DNA of 64,000 nt from the human T2T-CHM13v2.0 reference genome, Homo sapiens. The DNA is taken from NCBI RefSeq assembly GCF_009914755.1, contig NC_060942.1; one strand, 5' to 3'. Positions 28,320 through 41,439 of this stretch are shown here, piece after piece; within the stretch, counting starts at the first letter, position 1; every line of letters begins with the position of its first letter. The position numbers were made by a program, and so were the translations under genes. A model generated the notes under the pieces. It was not told the DNA's origin. It saw only the letters and a list, made by a program, of their open reading frames with translations, and made no database searches.

Positions 28320-29950
28320 TGATAATCCATGGCATTAACTGTTTCTAGAGATACACAAAATAAATTCACCTGATACTCCTAATTCACCACTTACGAGACA
28401 CAAGGAACTTGATGATTCTGCATGATTCTTTCGAACATTTGTGGAAAACCAAGGGATATAATGGCATTGGTTGGTTGCTCCTAACATTGCTGGAGAATGT
28501 GGTGAAAGAAATGGATGAGCTCAGGAATTGGAATCCTCAGCTCCAGAAGCACATAAATATCCTAGAAGATTCTAATGTGCCCTGAAGGAGAATATTCTCT
28601 CCTGTAGCCACAGGGTTGAAATTGCTTAAAATCAAATACAAGTCCTCACCTTGCAATTGGCTGATTTACAATAAAATGTGAACTCTCAGCCTTGCAGGGT
28701 GTGTACTGTTGAAGTGGGGGGCATCGATTGGGAAAGAATGGGATCCTGTGAGCTGGAATGGTGATGTGTCAGGGGGGACTTGACTCGAGGAAGCTGGGGA
28801 CATTGAGCTCCTGAATTCTGATGAGTTTTGTCAGGGGAAGTGGTCTTAGTAGCAGCAGTGCCCTCACCCTCAGCCCCAGTGGTATTGGCTTTTCCACCTC
28901 TGAGTGAGTTAAGCCTGCATTGCCTGATGAAAGAGTAATGGTCTCCCCTGAAGCAGCTGTCAGGAAAGACAATGCTTATTCTCCTTAGGACATACCCCAC
29001 CCACAACTCCCTTGACTTCTGCACATATAACTAGACTGAGTCCCAGCAGATTCCTAAATGTGAGGTACAAAATGTGACCCATGAAGAGGTGCACTAAGTT
29101 TCAAAAGAACTACTTGATCTTCTTAATGTATATAAACAGGAATCTAGGGAACACTTGCAGAAACGGATATTAAGGGTATGGGATAATGGTGGAAAAAAAA
29201 ACCATAAAAGTTGGATTACGTCAAATTTATTGATATGGGCCTGCTAAGCATTTAATGTTGCAGCTCAGGGAGTTAAGAAAAAAAAGCACCAATAGTTTGG
29301 TTGGTTGGATGAAACACAGATGAAAAGATGGCTCGTTGGGAGTGGGTTGGAGATGTCTGATCTCCCTTGGTTTAATTTAAGGGTAGGGATTCAAAGGCTT
29401 AGGAAAATCGGAATGCTAGAGTGGATTTGCCATGTAAAACCTACTCACACTGCAAGGGTTCAGAAGATAACATCTTTCAGTAGCACTTTGAGAAATGGAT
29501 TTGTGAGAGGAGCACCAGCATTCCAGAAGAGTTTTGTAATTGCTCTTCTCTGTATGCCAGATCTTACAGAAGAAACTTCAGTAACTCATTTGGAAAATTT
29601 AAATGCAATAGAAATAATTGTACCCCAAAGTAGAAGTCGCCAACTGGCAGACTCAATTACCAAAGGCAAGGCAGACATTGTTACTGTAATGGGCAACAGA
29701 GACAAAGCAACAATCAGAATAGCCTGACTTGTGTAAACCTATGTTGTTGATGAAATAATCCTGGTGTTCCTAGAAGTAAAACAGATGAGAAGCCTATTAC
29801 ATTCTAACTTGATCTGTATAAGCAGAAAACTTCCAGGTCTAGGGAATAAAAATCTAAGTCAACCCATAAAAACAGAATCGCAGCCTCTTAATTTCCAGAC
29901 TTGAGCCAGTTTATAGACCGTGAACTCCTTGAATGAAGGGGAGGATGGGT
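28320..29950 (+). pseudogene. gag: HERV-L gag relic
   Basis: ORF 29305-29727 (DLPWF...GIQRLRKIGMLEWI...RNGFVRGAP) is ERVL gag-like; many stops and frameshifts. Confidence 0.8.
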
Positions 29951-30039
29951 CCCTTTAAGGAAGGACTGTAATACACTAGTGAGATTTTATGCTGTTAGTC
30001 TCTCCCCATCCTTCCCCAAAGGAACCTCTGGCCTTTTAC

Positions 30040-32930
30040 CTTGGTAACTGTGCAGTGGGGAAGGGAAAATAATAAGACCTTTCAGGGATTACTGGACGCT
30101 GGGTCTGAACTATCATTGATTCCAGGAGAACGGAAACATCACTGTGGCCCTCCACAGAGAGTGGGGCTTATGAAGGTCATATGATCAGAGAAGTTTTAGC
30201 TCGGTCCCAACTTACAGTGTGTCTAGTGGGTCCCTGGACCCATCTTGTGGTTATTTCCTAAGTTCCAGACGCATAATTGAAATAGGCATACCTAGAAGCT
30301 AGCAGAATCCCCACATTGGCCTCCTAACCTGTGAAGTGAGGGTTATCATGGTAGGAAATGACAAATAAAAGCCCTTAGAGCTACCTCTACCTAGGAAAAT
30401 AGTAAATCAAAAACAATATTGTATCCCTGGAAAGATTTCAGAAATTAGACATTATCAAGGGCTTGAAAGTTGCAGGGGTGGTGATTGAGAACACATTGCC
30501 ATTCTACTCTCCTATTAGGCCTATGCAGAAGAAAAATGGATCTTGGAGAATGACAGTGGATTATCCTAAGTTTAACCAAGTGGTGACTCCAATTTCGGTG
30601 GGTGTACCAGATGTGGTTTCGTCGCTTCAGCAAATTAACACATCCTGTGGTACCTGCTATGCAGCTATTGATCTGGCAAATGCTTTCTTCTCCATACATG
30701 TTCATAAAGCCCACCTGAAGCAATTTGCTTTCAGCTGGCAAGGCCAGCCATACACTTCACTGACCTATACTTCATGGTGTACTAAATGTTCGGCCCTGTG
30801 TCACAGTTTACTCTGTCCCTGTGAACTAAATTTTTAATCTTGATTCTGCAAATTCTTGACCATTTTTTTTTTTTTACAAGGTATCATACTGGTCTATTAT
30901 GTGGCTAATATTATGCTGGTTAGACCTAGAGTGCAAGAAATAGCAACCACTTTGAACTTATTAGTAAAACATTTGCATGTCAGAAGGTGAGAAATAAATC
31001 AGACTAAAATTCAGGAACTTTCTACCTAAGTAAAATGTCTAGGGGTCCCGTGGTGCGGTGCCTGTGGCGATATCACTTTTATGGTGAAAGACATGTTGTT
31101 GCATCTGTCATCGCCTACAACCAAGAAAGAAGCATAATGTCTATTGGGCCTACTTGGATTTTGGAGGCAACACATTCCTAATTCGAGTGTATTACTACTG
31201 CCAATTTACTGAATGACCCAAAAAGCTGCTAGTTTTGAGTGGAGCCAGAACAGGAGAAAGCTATGCAACAGGTCCAGGCTGCTGTGCAAGCTGCTATGCC
31301 CTTGGGCCATATGATCCAGCAGTTCTAACGGTATTTGAGATGTCATTCATAGGTTGGAATGCTGTTTGGAGCCTTTGGCAGGCCCCTATAGGTCAATCAC
31401 AATGGAGCTCTTTAGGATTTTGAAGCAAGGCCCTGCCAGCATTCACAGATAACTGTTCTCCTGTTGAGAAACAGCTCTTGGCCTGCTACTGAGCCTTAGT
31501 AGAAACTGAATTCTTGATTGTGGGTCACCAAGTTACCATGCAACCTGAGCTGCCTATCATGAACTGAAAGTTATCTAACCCACCAAACCATAAAGTTGGG
31601 CGTGCACAGCAGCATTCTGTCATCACATAGAAGTGGTATATATGTGATCGGGCCTGATCAGGTCTGGAAAGCACAGGTAAATTACATGAAGAAGTGACCT
31701 GAATGCCCAGTTTCTATTCCTGCTATATTGCCTTTTTTTCTCCCAGTGACTTCATGGAGAGTTCCTGAATAATCAGTTGACAGAGGAAGAAAAGACAAAG
31801 GCCTGGTTTACAGATGATTCTGCATGATATGCAGAGACCTAAGAGTGAACAATCAGAGAACTACAGTCTCTCTCTGGGACATCTTTGAAGGACAGCAGTG
31901 AAGAGAAATCTTCCCAATGGGCAGGACCTCATAGCACATTTTACTTGGAAGGAAAAATGGCCAGAAATGTGATTATATTGATTTATTGTCTGTAGACAAT
32001 GGTTTGGCTAGATGATCAAAGACTAAGAAGGAACAAGATTGGAAAATTTGTGACAAAGAAATTTGAGGAAGAGGTATGTGGATAGACCTCTCTCAGTGGG
32101 CAAAATATGTAAAGATATTTGTGTCTCATGTGATTGCTCCCCAAAGGGTGACCATAGTAGAGGAGGATTTTGATAATCAGTTTCCTAAACTAACACTTTT
32201 TGTGGGTACAACTCAGCCTCCTTCCCCAGCCACCCTTGTAATCACCCAATAGGCTTATGAACAAAGTGGCCATTGTAGCAGGAATACAGATTATGCGTGG
32301 GCTCAGCAACATGGACTTCCACTCACCAAAGCTGACCTGGCTATGGCCACTTCTGAGTGCCTAATCTCCCAGCAGTAGAGACCAACATTGAATTTTGATA
32401 TGGCTCCATTCCTTAGAGTGATCGCCACCTACCTGATGGCAGATTTATTGTATTGGACTGCTTCCATCATTGAAGGGGCAGTGTTTTGTCCTTACTGGCA
32501 GAGACACACTGAATGTGAATTTGCCTTCTCTCCACACAATGCTTCTGCAAAAATTACCATCATAGACTTATGGAAGCCTTATCCACTATCATGGTATCCC
32601 ACATTTAATGGCCAAAGAATTGTGGCAGTGGGCTTATATTCACGCAATTCACTGTTCTTACCATGCTCCCCATCATCCTGATGCAGCTGGCTTGATGGAA
32701 TCAAAGAATTATCCTTTTAAGTTACAATTATAGCACCTCCTAGGTGACAATATTTTGCAGGCCTGGTGCAAGATTCTCTTTCATATACAACCTTTAAATA
32801 GTCTTCATAAACAGAAGGCAGTATAAGCTCTACATCAGTATCCAATATATGATACTATTTCTCCCATATCCAGAAATCTTGGGTCCAGGAATCAAGGAGT
32901 TGAAATGTGAGTAACACTACTCACATTATC
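30040..32930 (+). pseudogene. pol: HERV-L protease/RT/RNaseH/integrase relic
   Basis: Protease LLDAGSEL (30089-30112; DTG mutated). RT WRMTVDY and AAIDLANAFFSI in ORF 30463-30837. YxDD decayed to YVAN (30898-30909). Many stops. Confidence 0.88.
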
Positions 32931-32959
32931 CCTAGTGATCCACTAGCAAAATGTTTGCT

Positions 32960-33260
32960 TCCTGTTACATTATTATGTTCTGTTGGCTTAGAGGTCTCAG
33001 TTCCAGAGGGAGAAATGCTTCTACTAGGAGACACAACAATGATTCCATTGCACTGGAACCTACAACTAGCACTTGGGCACTTAAGGCTTTTCATGCCTCT
33101 GAGACAATAGGCTAAGAAGGGAACTATGATGTTGGCAGGGGAGATTGATTCACAATACCAAGGGGACATTGGACTATTACTCCACAATAAAGGTGAGTAA
33201 GAGTATATCTGGAATACAGGAAATCCCGTAGGGTATCACTTAATGTTACCACACATTATG
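32960..33260 (+). pseudogene. dut: HERV-L dUTPase relic
   Basis: VPEGEMLLLGDTTMIPL... and motif-3-like GEIDSQYQG (33138-33164), downstream of integrase as is typical of ERVL; in-frame stop at 33108-33110. Confidence 0.75.
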
Positions 33261-34747
33261 ATTAAAGTCAATGGGAGAACTACAACAATTCAATCAAGAC
33301 AGAACTAGGAAAGGTCCAGCATTTCAGGAATGAAGGTTTGGGCTACCAAGACAAGTAAAGAACCAAGTGCTTGCTCAAGGCAAATGGAATGCAGAATGGG
33401 TAGTATAAGAAGGTAGTTATCAATAGCAGCTATGACCATGTGATTAGTTACATAACTGAGGACTGTAATTGTCATGAGTATTTCCTCCCTATTTTGCTAA
33501 GAATGTATTTGTGCATATATACACATATATTAAGCAAATATTTTTGGTTTTCTCCTATCTTATTACTTTATCTTGTAACATAAGATCTATTGGCTTTATA
33601 TAAGTTAAGTATTGTTAATTTAAACTAATAAATCCCTTCTCATATATTCTGTTGGTTCTATCTTTCTGGAAAACCCTAATACACCTTATGATCACCAATG
33701 GTATTCCTAATCTCTGTTGCCTCCCAATAATACAAACATTGGAGATGAACTGCACAAGATGTACAAGTAAAAAAAAACCTCAAAATTAATATTATAGTGT
33801 TTAAAATACCATAACAAACATGTTTTTACATAACTGACCATTAAGCTAAAACAAATAATGCACATTAAAAAAAGATGTGTCTGAGATTAGCTAGTATTTA
33901 ATTGAGAATGTCTCCAAGGAAACTCAATTTGCCAGAGAACAACATTTGATAATCATTAATATAAATAATTTTGTGTGAGGATTTTCTTAATGAATTCCCA
34001 TGTATCTAGGTCATTATGCATGGCTTTTAAAGGGCAGTTTAAAATTTTTCCTATTTACTTTGACTACACTGCCATTCAAATTCCTGAAAAAGATTACACT
34101 GTAGCATGGAGAAATTATTTTACTGCTTATTTTACTGATAAAGTTCTAATATGAATTATCTTAGTTAAACTTAATATGTAAATATCCCCCTTTTAGGCAA
34201 TAGTCCTTGTTTAAAGATATTAAAATAAGTTATTAAAAATTTGTTTCCCACCTGAACCTTCTATAGATTCTAATATATAAATAGAAAGAAATAACTCAAA
34301 TAATTTTGAAGATAATCACTGTTTATGATGGCAAAGTAAAGGATAAATTTGAAACCAGATCTTAGAATTGATTAACTGTAAGACCTTGAGAATATCATTT
34401 AGCATTTTTAATCCTAATTTTCAATTTGTAAAATGATATTTAAAAGATGATCCTTTTAGCAATGTACCTGTCACGTTGTAATAATTGTAATGAGTAATAT
34501 CTAATAATTGTTCACTATTTTGCAGTCATTTATTTAAGTTCCTTATTCTTATTAATTTGTGTATATATTATAGAAATTCTTTAAGGTGGATACTAGTATT
34601 ATCTCCATTTTACAGATAAGAAAACTGAATCATGTGTTTCTAATTAGCTTCCCAATATCACCAGGCACTAAGTAAAAGTGTCAAAAATCTGGACAAGGAA
34701 AGATGGCTGTGGAGCAGTAAAATTCAATAACGTAAAGTTAGCCATTT

Positions 34748-35453
34748 CTATTATCAGAAAGTCAAAAATAACAGATGTTGGTGAAGTTATGGAGAAAAGG
34801 GAACATTTATACACTGCTGATGGGAGTGGAAATTAGTCCAACCATTGTGGAAAGCAGGATGGTGATTCCTCAAAGAGCTCAAAAATGATCTATCATTTGA
34901 CCCAGCAACCCCATTATTGGGTATATACCGACAGGACTAGAAATCACTCTACCATAAAGACATATGCACATGAATGTTCACTGCAGCACTATTCACAATG
35001 GCAAAGACATGGGATAAACCTAAATGACCATCAATGACAGATCGGATAAAGAAAATGTGGTACACACACCGGGGACTACTATGCAGCCATAACAGAGAAA
35101 AAGACCATGTCTTTGTCGGAACATGGATGGACCTGGAAGCCATTATCCTTAGCAAACTAACACAGGAACAGAAAACCAAATACTGCATGTCCTCACCTAT
35201 AAGTGGGAGCTAAATGATGAGAACACATGAACACAAAGAAGAGAACAACAGACACTGGAGATAACTTGAGGGTGGAAGGTAGGAGGAGGGAGATGAGCAG
35301 AAAAAATAACCATTAGGTACTAGGCTTAGTACCTGGATGATGAAATAATCCGTACGGCAAACCCCCATGACCCAAGTTTACCTATATAACAAACCTGCAC
35401 ATGTACTCCAGAACCTAAAATAAACTTTAAAAAAATACAAATAAAACAAAAAA
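34748..35453 (+). mobile_element. 5'-truncated L1PA15/16-like 3' end
   Basis: aaagtcaaaaataacagatgttgg...aacaaacctgcacatgtac, then A-rich tail; TSD taaa(g/a)ttag(c/t)cattt at 34733-34747 and 35454-35468. Confidence 0.9.
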
Positions 35454-35639
35454 TAAAATTAGTCATTTTATTAGAATTTTTAAATAAATATATAAAGGTC
35501 TTGTTGTTTTCTGTTTTAATGCATCCTGAAGGGCATGTTTGAAAACAGTTATCCGCCACTTAAAAGTCAGGAGTCATTAAATTGAAAAAAAGTTGGAATA
35601 ATTATAAAAGAGAGCAACTTTAGTTTGAAATTGTCATGT

Positions 35640-36038
<399 letters not shown>

Positions 36039-36480
36039 TTAAAGATATTTTTAATTGAAAATAATCTGATAGATTAGTGACACACAGATTCCTAAAATAT
36101 TCCATTACTTTTTCTGTTTCAATTTGCTGACAGAGTGAAACCAAAGCAATAACAGAATAAAAACAGAATGAAACATAAACATTCAGAAGTAGGAATTAGA
36201 GTCATGTGCATGCTCTAATTTTTTTGTACTGTGAAAGAAAATATAAGAAAGTTTGGAAGTTGAATTGTTATTAAACAAGAGAGATTCATGAAGTAATGGT
36301 GGAAAATAATTATGTGTTGTAATGGAGCTACTTAAAAGTATAGTTTATTTCTTCCTATCATTGTTTTGAAAATAATGACCTACATGACAATTATATTTAT
36401 GACTGAAAAACCATAATTGAGTAGAAAAGATGTTATCATTTCATTTAACCTACACACCACCTAACTTGTAATTAATATAT

Positions 36481-36489
<9 letters not shown>

Positions 36490-36526
<37 letters not shown>
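36490..36526. repeat. (TA)n microsatellite
   Basis: About 18 TA units. Confidence 0.95.
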
Positions 36527-36529
<3 letters not shown>

Positions 36530-36539
36530 CTTTTATTGA

Positions 36540-36770
36540 ATTTTAAGTGCCAGGTATTGTATAGATTGCTTTAATTGAGTTAGCTTATTTTCTCCTTATG
36601 CAATTCTATCAGGTAAATGGTGCTAGGAAAACTTGTTATTTTTCCTTATGAGGAAAAAGATTTATACTGGTTGTTTCTTGCCCAAGTTAACAACATGAGA
36701 AAGTGGTAAAACTAGAATTTGTTCCATAGCAATCTAGTTACTAAGTCAGCACACCTAACCACTGTAATAC
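36540..36770 (-). mobile_element. MIR fragment
   Basis: aagtgccaggtattgt, tatgaggaaaaag, cttgcccaagttaacaac, cctaaccactgt. Confidence 0.55.
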
Positions 36771-38930
36771 CAATTTATCTCCATCCATCTGTTGTGTGTC
36801 AATTCCTTTTTACTTCAGTTACTGAGCACTGATGAACCAAATCAAATATATTCTATCTGTGCCAGGATCCCATCTTAATAATGGACTTACCAGTGTTGGT
36901 GTGTGGATTCCTTTGTAGGCAACGTAGCAGAGTTGGCAGTGATAATGTGAACCTCTCAGTACATCTGAGTCAACAGTACTTGCAATTTTTATGACACTTA
37001 CAGATTTCAAGTTTCCTCTGTTGCCTGCAAGGTGACAATCATATCAATTTCTTATTTTGGCCATTGCAATCTAAAAACGAAGACCCATATATTTTGGGCT
37101 CAAAAGAGCAAGGAGCAGACAAAATTGTTCTTACATCCATTGGTTCTGCATGCTTGCAGTTTTTTTGATGTGAGAAATAATGGCTTTTCTTGGGAATGAT
37201 CTAAATTTTCTGACCCCCTTTAGGGACATACATTTGTTTGTCTTGAAGTTAACACCTAAGAGCTCAATCAGTTGCTATTGGTATGGCCTAAAGACTGATT
37301 GTTAGCTTTCATTGCAAATTTACTTTATACTGTCAAACTTTCCCTTCTTGACAGACAAAATGGAAGACAGTATCTTCCACCATCAGTAAAAAATGTCATA
37401 GCTATGTCAAAGATCCATTAATACTGTGATTCTAACATTCAAGTACTCAACATATTTTTCTCATATTTTCTATTAAATCAATTTGTTCGGCTTCATATTT
37501 ACTCAACCATGGACATTTGTCATTGCTGTGTCTTCATTACATGCATATTTTCAAACTATAATCACACTTTACTTTTGTCATATATTTTGTCTGCCGAGGC
37601 ACTCATGAATATTTATTGATATCTAGCTCTTCACACTTCCACTGCCACAGGGGAGTGCAAGGCATAAATATATAGCGGCCTTTACATCTGATAAACATTG
37701 CCCTAAACTTGGTGATATTTTAAAACATGTTGCAATTCCAGGTAGCAACATAGAAGCATAGGAATACATAAAACAAGCAGCAAAGGACATCTATTAGGAG
37801 CTGGTGACAATATCAGAAAAAAACTCTTTTTGCTGAAGATATTATCTATTGAAGCAAAAATGCCAGCTACCAATCCTTCCCACCTCCATGATCTTGTCCT
37901 CTTTATTTCTTTTTTCCCCCAAAAGCAATAAAAATTATACATCTGGGAACATATCCAAATGAAAGAAACACTATTTCTTGACTTCCCTTATCAGCAGATA
38001 TGGCAATTAAGTTATAATGGATGGTTGAGAGTTGGACGCCTTGTGCGTTATTTCTCGAAAGGGCTTCAAAGAGAACAATGCCCCTTCCATGTCTTTCCAT
38101 TGTTGCATAGGCAGTCCCGTGATTCTAACTGGCTGTAGCCAGAGCAGCTGACTTCAACCCTGAGACGGACACTAAGTTTAGGCCAGAAACACCTAGGCAT
38201 AGAGGCAAGCAACCTTCTACCTACTTCAATCTACTGAAATTTTGGATTTCATGTCATTTACAAGTAAGGTTAACTTTTAATCATACAGAATTTGAAACTT
38301 GGAGGCAGAATGCTACTCATGACAAAAACTAAACTTGGTGTCATGAGCACTAAACTTAGTGTTATGTGGCACTAACTTAGTAGAGAAGAGGCAGAGCTAA
38401 CTTAGGTATCACCGGTTGTAAGTTTCATGACTCTTTGCAGGCCCAAAATGTTCAACTAATGTCCACCTTACTTTGAAAGCAGTATGTATGGCAACAAAGA
38501 CAACCACAGGAAAGTGAAGAAAAAAATTCCACTGTTGATTAATTTGGCCAATTCTAGCCACTTTCTGGAAACAAACTTATGGAGAGATAAATCCAGGTTA
38601 CAGCTCGCTGGTCTGCATGCATTAATGAAATGTGAGTGCAGTCCTGCTCTGAGTGTGATGTACAGCTCATGATCGTCATGAGTCCAATAATTTAGAGCTT
38701 TGCAAGATTGAAAATGCAAACTGCACCTTCAGAAGCTTTCATTTCTTTAAAATTTATAGTAAACAATGTTTTTCAAGCTTCACTCAGAGTCAGAGATGAG
38801 ATTGTGGCTACAAACTGTGCCAAAAATGTCACCCAGCAAAAAAAGATCACATTAACATTACTGGGTTCCTACCCAAGCCTTTTGGGTAGGAACGTAGGTT
38901 GAGACGAGGATGATAAGAAAAAGACTTGAG

Positions 38931-39438
38931 TGTGGTATTCATTGCCTAGAATACTCCACAACAAATGACCACAACTTCAGTGGTTTGAAATCACAGAAAC
39001 TAATTCTCTCACAGTCTTAGAGGCCTTAAGTCCAAAATTTAGAGGTTGGCAGGAACCTGCTCCCTGTGGAAGGTTCTGAGGGAGAAACCATTGCTTGCAT
39101 CTTCTGAATTATAGGGACTGCCTGGCACTTCTTGGCATTCCTTGGCCTGTGGCCACATCACTTTAATTCCTGCCTTCAATGTGCAATCACCCTCTCCTCT
39201 GTGTACCTTCTACTTTCTGTTTGCATCTAATCTCCCTCTGCCATGCTGTTATAAGAATGCACATGATTACATTTGGGGCATATGTGAATTATATAGGATA
39301 ATGTTCTCCTTTCAAGATCCTTAATCACATGTTTTGTCATATAGAGTAATTTCACTCTTTGTCATATAAAGTACATTTATAGGTTCCAGGGGTTGGGATG
39401 CAGACATACATGTGGGGTCACACTCAGCCTAATATACA
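38931..39438 (-). mobile_element. MLT1 solo LTR (MLT1B/C-like) nested in the older element
   Basis: acaaatgaccacaacttcagtggtttgaaa, ctctcacagtcttagagg, ccttggcctgtggccacatcac, cactcagcct. Confidence 0.78.
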
Positions 39439-40466
39439 CTCATAAGCTATTAAGGAAATGACCAAAGACTTTTATACGTCTAGTTTTCCTATACATTACA
39501 TTCACAGTACATCAAAAGCCTGACAAGTTTTGGATGACATATGATGCCAAAGAAGCTACAAGCCTATTCTCTACATTTTCATAATCTTCAACCTCCAAGC
39601 ACAGAAGGAAGCCAACTACAAGACCCACAGCTTCCAGGGACTGCACAGCCCCGTGTCCGCTTAAGTCGTGCCAATGGGAGATCATGGAAAAGGCCAAACC
39701 TTCAAGAAAGCAAAGCAGAGTCACCCAGTGTGAGGAGCTTAGAGAGGGGAAGAGAAAGAAGTGCTCTCAATCCCTCCCGAGAGTTGATCATGCCTGTGCT
39801 CCAGTGACTCATTTGTCTTCTAATCCCCCTCCTTTATTTTCCCCCACTGATAGTAGTTTTTGCCTTACACATGCTGTGCTACCTTTACTATAACATCCTG
39901 AGCATTTTACAGTCAGATAATTCACCTTTTAGAATATGAAGAACTATATCTTTATCAAATGATGTACAGATCACCATGCTATGAAGTGCCACTCTCTACC
40001 TAGAGTTTCAGCTTTATAAAACAGCTAAATGCGACTTTGGTGTTGTCTCTCTGAGGAAATACTGAATGCATTTTAAGTGTACCAAGAAGAGTGTGTGTGG
40101 ATATATAATAGACCAAAGGGGTATGCTCTAGAAAGATGAAAATCTATCCCCCAATATTTTATCTTCCCATATTCTCTACTAATACAATATCTAATTTGTG
40201 ACTAAGTACATGTGACTAAGTACATGGTTAGTATTCTTTACTAACACAATATCTAATTTGTGACTAAGTTCATACCATGGCCTATGGTATGAAAGCTATG
40301 TTTCTTAGCCTCCCTTGAAGATAGGTGTAATTGTCTGATCAAGTTATGCCTAATGAGATAGTTAGACGTCTGTATGTGTGCTTTTTTTTTCAAATTCCAC
40401 AAAGCACCTCAAAATTTCTCTTTCTCAATATTTTTTCTTTTTTTAGGTTGAATAAAAAAGTTGTTG

Positions 40467-40610
40467 GGTTGGTATAGTGGCTCACACTTATAATCCCACC
40501 CCTCTGGGGCCAAGGCAGGAGGATCACTTGAGCTCAAGAGTTTGACACCAGCCTTGGCAACACAGCAAGACCCTATCCCTGTAACAATAAAAATACAATA
40601 AAATAAAAAT
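40467..40610 (+). mobile_element. FLAM_C / Alu monomer
   Basis: ggaggatcacttgagctcaagagtttgacaccagcc...gcaagaccc, then A-rich tail. Confidence 0.82.
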
Positions 40611-40861
40611 ATGTTTCTGGAGATTAAACAGTCATCTTAGACAACAGATGAATATGGTGTAGTTAAAATGTCTTATTTTGAACATATATCAATTATTACT
40701 GATCTAAAAACTTGGTAATTTTATATAGTTTTTAAGTATACATGCATGTATATTTGTGTTAAATTATATTATGGTTCCACAAAAGAATTCTCCTTCAGAA
40801 GTATGTCTGTATCTAGGAATATACTCTCACTTGAGTATTACAAGATAGTTCCTATTCACCC

Positions 40862-40947
40862 TGTATTCGTCAGGGTTCTCCAGAGGAAAAAAAAACAATA
40901 GGATAGATAGGTAGGTAGGTAGGTAGGTAGGTAGGTAGGTAGGTAGG

Positions 40948-41031
<84 letters not shown>

Positions 41032-41437
41032 TGGATAGATAGATAAGAGGGAATTTATCATGGGAATTGGCTCACCCAATTATGGAGGCTGAGAAGTCTA
41101 CAATCTGCCACCTGCAAGCCAAGGACCCAGAAAAACCAGTGGTGTAATTTGTCTGAGTTCAGTGGCCTGAGAACAGGGAGCTGATGGTTTAAGTCCCAGA
41201 GTCTGAAGGCCACAGGACATGCCCCAGTGTCTCAGCGCAGAAGAAGACACATATCCCAGCTTTAGAATAGTGAGTGAATTCTCCTTTCCTTATTAATGAG
41301 GGCAGATCTTTATTCAGTCCAGTGATTATAATGCTAATGTCGTCTGTCCCTCCCAGACATGCCTAGAAATACAGTTTCACCACCTGTCTGGGCACCCCTT
41401 AACCTAGTCAAGTTTATATATCAAAGTAACCATCACA
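40862..41437 (-). mobile_element. MLT2 (ERVL) solo LTR
   Basis: tgtattcgtcagggttctccagagg...ggctgagaagtc...gtcaagtt...taaccatcaca. Confidence 0.85.
40908..41031. repeat. Compound tetranucleotide STR (TAGG)10(TAGA)11(CAGA)10
   Basis: Counted directly: 40908-40947, 40948-40991, 40992-41031. Confidence 0.97.
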
Positions 41438-41439
41438 TC

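Larger units (their letters stand above)
27660..33683 (+). mobile_element. HERV-L provirus (MLT2 LTR - gag/pro/pol/dUTPase - truncated 3' LTR), inactive
   Basis: 5' MLT2 LTR at 27660-~28190; internal region ~28190-33620; 3' LTR remnant ~33621-33683 ending ccctaataca. 5-bp TSD actta/cctta (4/5). No env. Confidence 0.93.
37860..40650 (+). mobile_element. Probable old MLT1 (I/J-like) LTR-internal-LTR element
   Basis: Two LTR-like copies share (c)tatttctt...cccttg/a...aagttat (~37970 and ~40300). The internal part starts after ...atacag (38288) with aatttgaaacttggagg and ends with the PPT-like gaccaaaggggtatgc (~40111-40126). Boundaries approximate. Confidence 0.5.

Noticed and set aside
29305-30837. 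140-aa gag and 124-aa RT ORFs as possible domesticated ERV proteins
   Set aside because: Short fragments between stops and frameshifts; catalytic motifs destroyed; no sign of ORF preservation.
38328-38381. About 21-bp x2.5 repeat (and 24-bp, 22-bp and 29-bp repeats at 1121, 6820 and 61040) considered as CRISPR-like arrays
   Set aside because: Adjacent tandem copies without unique spacers, eukaryotic context, no cas genes.
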